Shown here in pieces: positions 56,103-64,000 of a stretch of DNA of 64,000 nucleotides. This stretch comes from Desulfobacteraceae bacterium (GTDB lineage Bacteria; Desulfobacterota; Desulfobacteria; Desulfobacterales; UBA5616). A model generated the notes under the pieces. The model made no database searches and was not told where the DNA came from. It worked only from the letters and a program-made list of their open reading frames with translations. A program made the translations under genes and the position numbers. The DNA is taken from positions 13,415-77,414 of the forward strand of contig VMSV01000204.1 in the NCBI GenBank assembly GCA_013791935.1, written 5' to 3'. Numbering within the stretch: the stretch's first letter is position 1; each line of letters starts with the position of its first letter.

Positions 56103-56624
56103 ATGGCAGTCCATACCCCGGTCCTTGAAACCCCAAGGCTTTATCTTCGCAAAATCACTCTGGAGGATACGGATTCCCTGCAGCTGCTTTTTGAAGATCC
56201 AGTGGCCATGCAATATTTTCCCGGCACCAAGGATCGCGCCGAAACCGGAGAATGGATCCACACCATGCGGAGCCGGTATGAATCCGACGGCATGGGTTTT
56301 TATGCCTGCATTTTGAAAGACACGGAAGAATTCATCGGGTATTGCGGATTGTTATTACAGAAGGATGTGGACGGCACGGATGAAACGGAAGTGGGATACG
56401 GCCTGATCAGGAATTACTGGCACCAGGGTTATGCAACGGAAGCTGCAAAGGCATGCATGGAGTACGCCTTTAATCACCTGGGAGCGAAAAGCATCATTTC
56501 CCTCATCCGTCCGGAAAATATTAACTCCATCAATGTTGCGCGCCGCAATCATCTGACCTTTGTGAAAAACGTGGTCCGATTCGGACACCCCCACCGGGTC
56601 TATGGGGCGAAAAGCCCTTTGTGA
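56103..56624 (+). CDS. GNAT family N-acetyltransferase (RimJ/RimL-like)
   Basis: TPRLYLRKITLEDTDSL N-terminus and acetyl-CoA binding region NYWHQGYATEAAKA. Start 4 nt after the upstream stop. Confidence 0.7.
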   Translation: MAVHTPVLETPRLYLRKITLEDTDSLQLLFEDPVAMQYFPGTKDRAETGEWIHTMRSRYESDGMGFYACILKDTEEFIGYCGLLLQKDVDGTDETEVGYGLIRNYWHQGYATEAAKACMEYAFNHLGAKSIISLIRPENINSINVARRNHLTFVKNVVRFGHPHRVYGAKSPL

Positions 56625-56937
56625 CAAACCCGTGTTTCTCTTCAAAGCCATTGTTTTTATTTCCACCGAATTTGAGCGATTTTCGAGTTTGCCGCAGATG
56701 CAAGAAAAATGGCATTTCGCTATAGTCGCCTATGCGGGATGGCATTTGACGCCACAGATACGGTGAAATCGGATATCCAGAAGAGTTTCAATATTTTAGC
56801 ACCTGAAAGATTTGAATCCCCTATGATCATTAAACATTTCTCATGGTTGAAATTTTGAAACGCGCAATTTAGGTTCTAAACTTTATGCCCATGGAGCCGA
56901 TAAAAGCTTCATTGCACCCCTTAAACGGAAGTGACCC

Positions 56938-58302
56938 ATGTCGGATAAAATACAGATCCTGTTTGTGGATGACGAGGAAAACAACTGCAAGGCCTTTGTT
57001 CGCCTCATGCGCCTGGAAAAGGAGTATGAAGTGGCCATCGCCTTGAACGGCCTGGAAGCCCTGGAAAGCCTCAAAAAAAAACCCGCAGACATCGTCATCA
57101 CGGACATGAAAATGCCGGAAATGGACGGTCTATCCCTGTTAAAAGAGATTCGGGAGCGGTATCCCGATGTTTTTGTCATCGTGGTCACCGGCCATGCTTC
57201 GGTGGAAAACGCCGTGAAAGCCATGAAGCTCGGAGCGTATGACTACCTGACCAAACCTTTTGACTTTGATGTCATCAACATGATCCTGGGGAAAATATCA
57301 GAGCATGCCCGGGTGCTCAAAGAGGCGGAGGATTTTGAAGAAGACGCCGGGAAACCCTACCGGTTTGAGAACATCATCGGCCAGGACCGGAAGATGTTCA
57401 AAATCTATGAAATGATCCGGGCCGTGGCCAAAACCAACGCTTCGGTGCTCATTACCGGGGAAAGCGGTTCGGGAAAGGAATTGATTGCCGAAGCCATTCA
57501 TTCTCGAAGCCAGAGAAAGGCAAAACCCTATCACCAGGTGAATTGCGCTGCTTTAACCGAGTCCATCATCAACAGTGAACTTTTCGGCCATGAAAAAGGA
57601 TCGTTTACCGGCGCAAACCAGCAGAAAATAGGCTTGTTTGAACTGGCGGATCAAGGCACGCTTTTTCTGGATGAAATCGGCGACGTACCATTGCAGATCC
57701 AGACCTCCCTTTTGCGGGTTCTTGAATACGGAACCTTCCAGAGGGTGGGGGGCTCTCAAACCCTGAAAGTGGATACCCGCATTGTCTGCGCAACCAATCG
57801 GGACCTTTCCGAAGCCATCCGCAACAAGCAGTTCCGTGAAGATTTGTTCTATCGCATCAATGTGGTGTCCATCGAGGTTCCGCCTTTGCGGGAGAGAAAG
57901 CAGGACATCCCGCTGCTGGCCAAATATTTCCTGGAAAAATACGCCAGGGAGAACGATGTTTCGGCCAAACGCCTGGCCAAATCAGCTGTAAAAATCCTCA
58001 TGCAATACGACTGGCCGGGAAACGTCCGGGAACTGGGCAATATCATCAACCACGCCCTGATTTTCTGCAAAGGCGGCAACATCATCCCCGAAAACCTGCC
58101 CCCGGGAATCCGGGAGAGTGCTTTTCAGAGGGAATTCAGCCTCACCTTTACTTCCACGTCCCTTCCGAAGGCTGAAGAATCCCTGATTCGACGGGTGATT
58201 GAGATGAATAACGGCAATCTCAAGCAGGCCGCGTCAGACCTGGATATCGCCAGGGGAACCCTGTACAGTAAGATGCAGAAGTACGGGATTGAAAAACCAT
58301 AA
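56938..58302 (+). CDS. sigma-54-dependent Fis-family response regulator (NtrC-like: REC + AAA+ + HTH)
   Basis: REC domain (ILFVDDEEN...VITDMKMPEMDG), Walker A GESGSGKE, ESELFGHEKGSFTGA (GAFTGA-type sigma-54 contact motif), C-terminal Fis-type HTH. Confidence 0.85.
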   Translation: MSDKIQILFVDDEENNCKAFVRLMRLEKEYEVAIALNGLEALESLKKKPADIVITDMKMPEMDGLSLLKEIRERYPDVFVIVVTGHASVENAVKAMKLGAYDYLTKPFDFDVINMILGKISEHARVLKEAEDFEEDAGKPYRFENIIGQDRKMFKIYEMIRAVAKTNASVLITGESGSGKELIAEAIHSRSQRKAKPYHQVNCAALTESIINSELFGHEKGSFTGANQQKIGLFELADQGTLFLDEIGDVPLQIQTSLLRVLEYGTFQRVGGSQTLKVDTRIVCATNRDLSEAIRNKQFREDLFYRINVVSIEVPPLRERKQDIPLLAKYFLEKYARENDVSAKRLAKSAVKILMQYDWPGNVRELGNIINHALIFCKGGNIIPENLPPGIRESAFQREFSLTFTSTSLPKAEESLIRRVIEMNNGNLKQAASDLDIARGTLYSKMQKYGIEKP

Positions 58303-58692
58303 AATTTCACGCCGCATTCAAACGCTGCCTTCGTTGGCTGCGTCCAAAACTCCTCGATGTACAAACCCCGTACACCTGCGTCGCGTTTCCCCGGCCGCCT
58401 CGGCATCATTTTGAATGCAACGTGAAATGCGGTTTCCGAATTTCACGGGAGTGATTTTTTTGCCCGAAATTGAACACTTCCAGACCTTCGGGACTTTTGG
58501 CCCGGAAACCCCATGGATACGGCTTTCCACCTAATAAACCGCCCCTTCCTTTTAAATAGAACCCCTTTGGTCTGCCCGATATTGAACAGTTCTCTTCAGG
58601 CTGTCCCCTCAAAATTAAGCCCGAACCGGTATTTGCAGAAAAAATAAGTTCAACATATTGATTTATTTGCAATTATATTTATTCATGGCCAA

Positions 58693-58708
58693 TGGCACGG
58701 GGGTTGCT
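58693..58708 (+). promoter_or_regulatory. sigma-54 promoter: TGGCAC-GGGGG-TTGCT (-24/-12)
   Basis: Exact match to the TGGCAC-N5-TTGC consensus, 72 nt upstream of the ATG at 58780. Downstream of the sigma-54 activator gene. GTGAAAT-N11-ATTTCAC inverted repeats lie 250-390 nt upstream. Confidence 0.6.
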
Positions 58709-58779
58709 ATTCTCATAGGCAAGCCCGGAAAAGCAATTTTCCCTGAATTGATAAATCATCCATTAGAAAGGAACGAATC

Positions 58780-58968
58780 ATGTCCAATAAACTCAGCCAA
58801 AGATTGAAAAGCAGCATTCACCTTACCTGTTATTCATGCAAGCATAAGGAAGCGAGCCATGCCTGCCAGTTTGAATGGGACGGCGTATGCTATCAGCTCT
58901 GCCTTTGTAACGAATGCGCTTCCATGGGAGAAAAACAGCTTTATTCGGATTTCCTGTGTAATTTATAA
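58780..58968 (+). CDS. small cysteine-rich hypothetical protein (62 aa, 8 Cys)
   Basis: GAAAGGAACGAATC-ATG RBS. The Cys pattern CxxC...C...C...CxCxxC...C suggests a metal-binding fold. Placed directly behind a sigma-54 promoter. Confidence 0.5.
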   Translation: MSNKLSQRLKSSIHLTCYSCKHKEASHACQFEWDGVCYQLCLCNECASMGEKQLYSDFLCNL

Positions 58969-59054
58969 TGGGTGGCCCTATGAAAACTCCGGCGTTTCGG
59001 GTGTGTTTGAATGGCCCGAAAACAGGAGATGACGGGGTTGAGTCCATGGGACTG

Positions 59055-61208
59055 TTAACGTTGTTTTAATACCTGTTGAACTTTTTCAAGCAGGGCGTTA
59101 ACGCTGAACGGTTTCTGGATGAACTCAATCCCATCCATGAGAATGCCGTGGTGCACAATCACATTGTCCGTGTACCCGGACATATAAAGTACTTTCATGT
59201 CCGGACGGGTTTCAATGATCTTGGCCCGAACCTCAGGGCCTTTCATTTGAGGCATCACCACATCGGTGAGCAGCAGATGGATGGTCCCTTCATAAGCTTG
59301 GGCCTGTGCAACCGCATCCAGGGGATGGTGCGATTCGATCACCGTGTACCCGCGATCCTTCAGGATCTTCACGCTCATTTCCCTAACCGACGGCTCATCT
59401 TCAACCACCAAAATCGTGGCCGAACCGTTTTCCTTTGGTTGGGATTGCGGTGGCTCCGGCAGGGCTTCGAGTTTTTCATCACATAAGGGCAGGTAAATCT
59501 TAAAGGTGGTTCCCTCCCCCGGTTCGCTGTAAACCCAGATATTGCCGCCATGCTGCTTGACAATCCCGTAGGATGTGGCAAGCCCCAGCCCGGTTCCCTT
59601 GTCTTTGCTTTTTGTGGTAAAAAACGGGTCAAAGATATTTTCCAGCACTTTGGATTCCATGCCGCAACCTGTATCACTAACGCCGATCATGGCGAACAAA
59701 CCCGGCTCAACACCGGGTTTGCGGTCTGTATAAGCCTTATCGAGTTCCACTACCCCGGTTTCAATGGTGAGTTTTCCGCCGTCGGGCATGGCATCCTTGG
59801 CATTGATGGCAAGATTCATCAGCACCTGCTCCAGCTGGGTGGTATCCGCCTTCACCGGAAGCATACTTTCCGACAACACCATGTTCAACTCCACATCTTC
59901 ACCGATCATCCGGCGAAGGAGTTTTTCAAACCCGCATACCACGGTATTGATGTCAATGGCTTTCATCTCAAGAATCTGTTTGCGGCTGTAAGCCAGCAGT
60001 TGCCGGGTCAGGTCCCGGGCGCGGCCCGCGGAAAGATGGATCGCCGTCAGTCCGTCAAAATGGGGATGCCCCTTCCGAATCCCTTCCAACAGCAGCTCGG
60101 AATACCCCAGGATGACGGAAAGAATGTTGTTGAAATCATGGGCCACCCCTCCGGCCAGCCTGCCGATGGATTCCATTTTCTGGGCCTGATGCAGCTGGTT
60201 GACCAGGCTTGCTTTCTCCGTTTCCGCTTGCTTTTGCTGGGTCACATCCCGCGAAATGCCATGAAACCCCACGGGGTTGGCGTTTCGGTCCCGCATCAGA
60301 GAGGCGGACACCGCCATAAACCTCGGGGTCCCGTCCGGAAATGAAGTTTCATATTGCAGCTGCCTCATCGGCTCTCCGGTTTGATAAATGCGGTTGAAGG
60401 CCAGGGTGATGGTTTCCGCAATTTTCGGGGTCATATAGCTTCTGGATTGGGTGGACAGGATGTCACTTCTTTCTCGTCCGAAAGCTCTATAGCCGTATTG
60501 GCTAACATAGGTGTAATTGCCCGCAAGGTCCACTTCAAAATAAATCTCACCGATGTTTTCCAGAACCATGCGATAACGGTCTTCGGTTTGGCGCAGGGCT
60601 TCTTCGGTGGTCCGGAAAGCGGTAATGTCTTCCACCGTGCACCAGACAAATGATTCTTCCCCTTTCTGAATCAGAAGGTAGTGAACCCGCACAGGTACCC
60701 CATGCCCGTCCTTATGGATGAATTCCTTTTCATAGGGGCCGTATTCGCGGTTTTCCATAAGAATGTTCAGTTGCCGGTGTTCTTGCTCAAAATATTTTTC
60801 CGGTGTGATCTCCTTTGTGTTCAAGCTCAGCAGTTCTTCCATGCTTCTTCCGGTCATTTTCCCGAAAGATGCGTTCACATCAAAAATGGTGCCATCCATG
60901 CGGCAGAGGAACAAACCCATGGGGGAAAGGTCAAAAAGCTGGCGGTTATAATGGGCTTCATCGGCGAGATCCATTTCAATCCGCTGCTGCCTTCTTAGCA
61001 TGCTCCTAATGAGGAAATAGAGCAAAACACCCGTAATAACCACATAAAACCAGCCCTTTAAGGTTTGGATCTGATGGATGATATGGGGAGGCAGGGACAT
61101 CATTTGAACCATCTTGTCCGACATAAGGATCCAAACAACGCCTAAAAATGAATACAAGGCGGCAATCCTGAAGGGCGTCCACCCCGGGTTGAATTTTGAT
61201 TTGTTCAT
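59055..61208 (-). CDS. hybrid sensor histidine kinase/response regulator (2 TM, 2 PAS, HisKA, HATPase, REC)
   Basis: His[30 protein letters not shown], HATPase G-boxes, C-terminal REC (ILVVEDEPSV...LLLTDVVMPQMKG). Sixth member of the same kinase family. Confidence 0.85.
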   Translation of the reverse strand: MNKSKFNPGWTPFRIAALYSFLGVVWILMSDKMVQMMSLPPHIIHQIQTLKGWFYVVITGVLLYFLIRSMLRRQQRIEMDLADEAHYNRQLFDLSPMGLFLCRMDGTIFDVNASFGKMTGRSMEELLSLNTKEITPEKYFEQEHRQLNILMENREYGPYEKEFIHKDGHGVPVRVHYLLIQKGEESFVWCTVEDITAFRTTEEALRQTEDRYRMVLENIGEIYFEVDLAGNYTYVSQYGYRAFGRERSDILSTQSRSYMTPKIAETITLAFNRIYQTGEPMRQLQYETSFPDGTPRFMAVSASLMRDRNANPVGFHGISRDVTQQKQAETEKASLVNQLHQAQKMESIGRLAGGVAHDFNNILSVILGYSELLLEGIRKGHPHFDGLTAIHLSAGRARDLTRQLLAYSRKQILEMKAIDINTVVCGFEKLLRRMIGEDVELNMVLSESMLPVKADTTQLEQVLMNLAINAKDAMPDGGKLTIETGVVELDKAYTDRKPGVEPGLFAMIGVSDTGCGMESKVLENIFDPFFTTKSKDKGTGLGLATSYGIVKQHGGNIWVYSEPGEGTTFKIYLPLCDEKLEALPEPPQSQPKENGSATILVVEDEPSVREMSVKILKDRGYTVIESHHPLDAVAQAQAYEGTIHLLLTDVVMPQMKGPEVRAKIIETRPDMKVLYMSGYTDNVIVHHGILMDGIEFIQKPFSVNALLEKVQQVLKQR

Positions 61209-61446
61209 AATAGGCCATTTCTATGGGAAATAAATGATGTGTGCGGAATTTTCATGGGAAAAATTTGTCACCTTACTGTGCAAAAAGAGTGGGGGCAAGT
61301 TTTTTTTTAAAGCCAGAACAATTACATAGACCGGCGAAACCCGGAAGGGCACTTCTTGGCCGAAAGCGATACAAATGCCGTTTTTCCCCGGGTGTTTGGA
61401 TTTCCGGAGTTTCTTAAATCTTCTTTTTGGTGTAACAATCCACGCC

Positions 61447-63186
61447 ATGAAACCCACAGATGAGCAGAAGGCCATCCTGGAATCCTCCCACAGGGTCATT
61501 CGAGTGAATGCCAGGGCCGGAACAGGAAAAACCACCACCCTGAACATGATGGCCCGGAAGCACAGCGGGGAAAAATTGATTTACCTGGTGTTCAACCGGC
61601 GGGGCAAGGAAGAGGCCGATACCCTGTTTCCGAAAAATGTGAAAAGCTATACCCTACACTCCCTGGCCTTTCGTTACGAAGGAAGAAAATGGAAAGACCA
61701 CATCGGCCATTTTTCACCATCGGATGCGCTGGATGCCTTCCGGTCGGATCAACAGGCCTTGGCCAACCTCACCCACGGGTTTTTAACTTTTTTTTTGAAT
61801 TCTCCCCTGGAACGGCTTGAAGAGGCTGCCGGTCCTTTTCAGGTCCATTTAAAAGACGAAGCCCTGGCCCTGTTCAAACTCCGATCCGTGAAAATCGTCC
61901 AGGCGGCCCGGGATATCGCAACTGCCTGGAACCGGAAAGAAATGCCCTGCCCCCATGATTTTTATCTCAAGCTGTTTCATAAATCCGGCGCTTTCCATCG
62001 GGCCCTTCATCAATATGATCGGGTGCTGGTGGATGAAGGCCAGGACCTTTCCCCCATCATGCTGGATGCCCTGGCAAAGTGTAAAAAAAAGGTGGTGATT
62101 GTGGGGGATACCCACCAGCAGATCTACAGCTTCCGCTATGCAACGGACGCCATTCGGCAGCTTGCCTGTGACCGGGAATATGATTTAACCTTAAGCTTTC
62201 GATTCGGAAAACCCATTGCCGATCTGGCCACGTTGTTTATTCGGGAAGCCAAAAAAGAAAAGCACTTCAGAATTGTCGGAAATCCGGAAAAATCCTCCCG
62301 GATCGCGTTTTACCAGACCCTTGAAAATATTAATAAAAATGACGTGGCCATCCTGTCCCGGACCAACTTCTCTTTGTTTGCCAATGCCATGAACTTACGG
62401 TCCCGGGGCAAGGCTTTTTCCTTTGAGCGGGATATCCAATCCATCCTGTGGCGAACCCTGGATGTTTACCGATTGTTCCAGGAGGATCGGGATAAAATCA
62501 AAGACAAGTTCATTGCTTCCTTTGAGGACGGGGCTCGCCTGAAGCAATACGCCGAGGAAATGGATGATTTTCAGCTCAAAGGCATGTGTCAGATTGTGGC
62601 GCGGTTTTCCAGGGAGTTTCCGGAAGTGGCCTTTGAAATGGCCCAATTGTGCAAGGGGGAATCGCCCGCTCAAAACACCATTACCCTTTCCACCATCCAT
62701 TCGGCAAAAGGCCGCCAGTACGCCGACGTTTTTATGGATCCGGACCTGGCTTTGGCCCTGGAATCCGAGGGGATCAAAACCATCCCGGAGGATGAAATCA
62801 ATCTGGTCTATGTGGGATTTACACGGGCCAAGGAGAACCTGTATCTTCCGAATGCTTTCCTGTCCGTGATGACCCCGAAATGGCGAACCGGAATGGAACG
62901 GATCAAGATGTCTCGAGCCAAAAGAAGAAAAATTTCAACCCCGTCAAAAATCCCCGGACATCCTTCCGTGCCTGCCGTGCCTGGCCCTGCAAAAATCATC
63001 CGGCAAGAAGCATCTGTTCCGAGGGTCCAGGATCATCTCGGCTATGAACCGGGAGATCGGGTTAGCACATCCATGGGTTTGGGTACCATCCTGGAAATCC
63101 GGGGCAGGGAATGCCTGGTGGATTTGGAAAATCAAATTGCCAAGGTCTGGCAGCCCTTGCGCGAGATATTAAAAGTATTGAAATGA
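61447..63186 (+). CDS. UvrD/PcrA-like superfamily-1 DNA helicase (short form) with a C-terminal Tudor/KOW-like tail
   Basis: Motif I ARAGTGKTTTL, motif II VLVDEGQD, motif VI-like ITLSTIHSAKGRQYADV. Start set at MKPTDEQKA; the track ORF starts 24 codons earlier. Confidence 0.7.
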   Translation: MKPTDEQKAILESSHRVIRVNARAGTGKTTTLNMMARKHSGEKLIYLVFNRRGKEEADTLFPKNVKSYTLHSLAFRYEGRKWKDHIGHFSPSDALDAFRSDQQALANLTHGFLTFFLNSPLERLEEAAGPFQVHLKDEALALFKLRSVKIVQAARDIATAWNRKEMPCPHDFYLKLFHKSGAFHRALHQYDRVLVDEGQDLSPIMLDALAKCKKKVVIVGDTHQQIYSFRYATDAIRQLACDREYDLTLSFRFGKPIADLATLFIREAKKEKHFRIVGNPEKSSRIAFYQTLENINKNDVAILSRTNFSLFANAMNLRSRGKAFSFERDIQSILWRTLDVYRLFQEDRDKIKDKFIASFEDGARLKQYAEEMDDFQLKGMCQIVARFSREFPEVAFEMAQLCKGESPAQNTITLSTIHSAKGRQYADVFMDPDLALALESEGIKTIPEDEINLVYVGFTRAKENLYLPNAFLSVMTPKWRTGMERIKMSRAKRRKISTPSKIPGHPSVPAVPGPAKIIRQEASVPRVQDHLGYEPGDRVSTSMGLGTILEIRGRECLVDLENQIAKVWQPLREILKVLK

Positions 63187-63193
63187 GTGTCTT

Positions 63194-64000
63194 TCACCTT
63201 GCAGGTTTTTTTGCATAAAAGGGGCTGTTCACCCGATACATCATGGAAGAAAGCACGGCGATGAGGCCCAGGAAAACCAGGAACTGAAAGGTCACGGCCG
63301 CCGAGCCGTTGTCCCGAATGACGGGGTTGTATTTGATCAGGAAAGGGCCGTGGAGGAGGAAAATCTCGTAGGAGTATTTCCCGAGAAACAGCAAGACCCT
63401 GCTCTGGTATCCCCGTTCCACGAGCTTTCCGGAAAGAAGGATCAGGGCCAAACAAAATATGAGGCTGTTTGCATCGGAAAGGTAGGCCATGGAAAGGGGG
63501 GGGACGGTTTGGATCACCGCCCTGTAAACCGGCCAGAAGCTTCTGGAATACCGGTAGATCAAGAGATACAGGGCCAGGGCAATGCCCATGGCCATGAAGA
63601 TTGAGCTTTTGTGCCGATAGGCTGCCGCCAGCTTTTCATAATGGGTTCCTAAAAGACAGCCTGCGGAAAAAGGGAGAAACTGGTACCACCCGAAGTGAAG
63701 ATAACGGAAATTCACCCAAAGCAAAACCACAGCCGCAACCGCTGTGATCAGAGCGGCCTTTTCGGCTTTCCATTGGGAAAAGGCCAGAAAAAAAACCCCA
63801 TACCACACCAGAAGAAAAGTCACGAACCACCGGGTGTAATCCAAGTGCATGAGTTCGATCCGGACGTTGACGCCGCAGAACGTCAGGGCCAGCCAGTCCG
63901 CAGGATAGGTTCTTTTTAAAATAAAAAAATCCAGGCACAGAATCAGAATGGTTGCGATCCAATAGGGGATCATGACCCGCCGGATCCTTCTGGAACAGAA
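63194..64000 (-). CDS. acyltransferase-3 (membrane O-acyltransferase) family protein, partial (N-terminus beyond window end)
   Basis: Polytopic membrane protein with the acyltransferase_3-like C-terminal half. The reading frame stays open to the window edge upstream of the listed Met. Confidence 0.5.
   Translation of the reverse strand, partial: FCSRRIRRVMIPYWIATILILCLDFFILKRTYPADWLALTFCGVNVRIELMHLDYTRWFVTFLLVWYGVFFLAFSQWKAEKAALITAVAAVVLLWVNFRYLHFGWYQFLPFSAGCLLGTHYEKLAAAYRHKSSIFMAMGIALALYLLIYRYSRSFWPVYRAVIQTVPPLSMAYLSDANSLIFCLALILLSGKLVERGYQSRVLLFLGKYSYEIFLLHGPFLIKYNPVIRDNGSAAVTFQFLVFLGLIAVLSSMMYRVNSPFYAKKPAR

Overview
This 64-kb window looks like a chromosomal segment from a Deltaproteobacteria-type (Desulfobacterales-like) anaerobe, with roughly 55% GC and dense coding on both strands. 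No rRNA, tRNA, CRISPR array, transposase or integrase gene was recognised.

The main blocks, in order:
- Acyl-CoA metabolism: an enoyl-CoA hydratase and a fused ADP-forming acetyl-CoA synthetase, next to a PurF-like amidotransferase whose catalytic Cys1 is replaced by Phe.
- A six-gene complex I / group-4 hydrogenase-like membrane module (5472-12892). The NuoCD/HycE-type large subunit has lost the Ni-Fe ligating cysteines (an Ehr-like, 'hydrogenase without nickel' complex) and NuoI and NuoB are fused. This is the strongest candidate for an unusual system here.
- CBS-domain proteins, Nnr, a 1474-aa double-ATPase CoA-enzyme activase-like protein, fumarase and aconitase.
- A tandem array of five paralogous PAS hybrid histidine kinases (26.5-39.6 kb), plus a sixth elsewhere.
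- A putative radical-SAM / MBL-hydrolase / secreted FG-GAP beta-propeller operon.
- CoA-transferase A and B subunits, an LLM-family oxidoreductase, UppP, an NfeD-flotillin pair, TraB/GumN, PyrF, GlpD-like, a second MBL hydrolase and a GNAT.
- A sigma-54 enhancer-binding regulator followed by a textbook sigma-54 promoter driving a 62-aa cysteine-rich orphan ORF.
- An SF1 helicase and a partial acyltransferase-3 gene at the window end.

Two copies of a roughly 130-bp MITE-like structured repeat lie in opposite orientation 32 kb apart. Each sits about 30 nt upstream of an unrelated gene start.

All functional calls are by eye from motifs. No searches were run.
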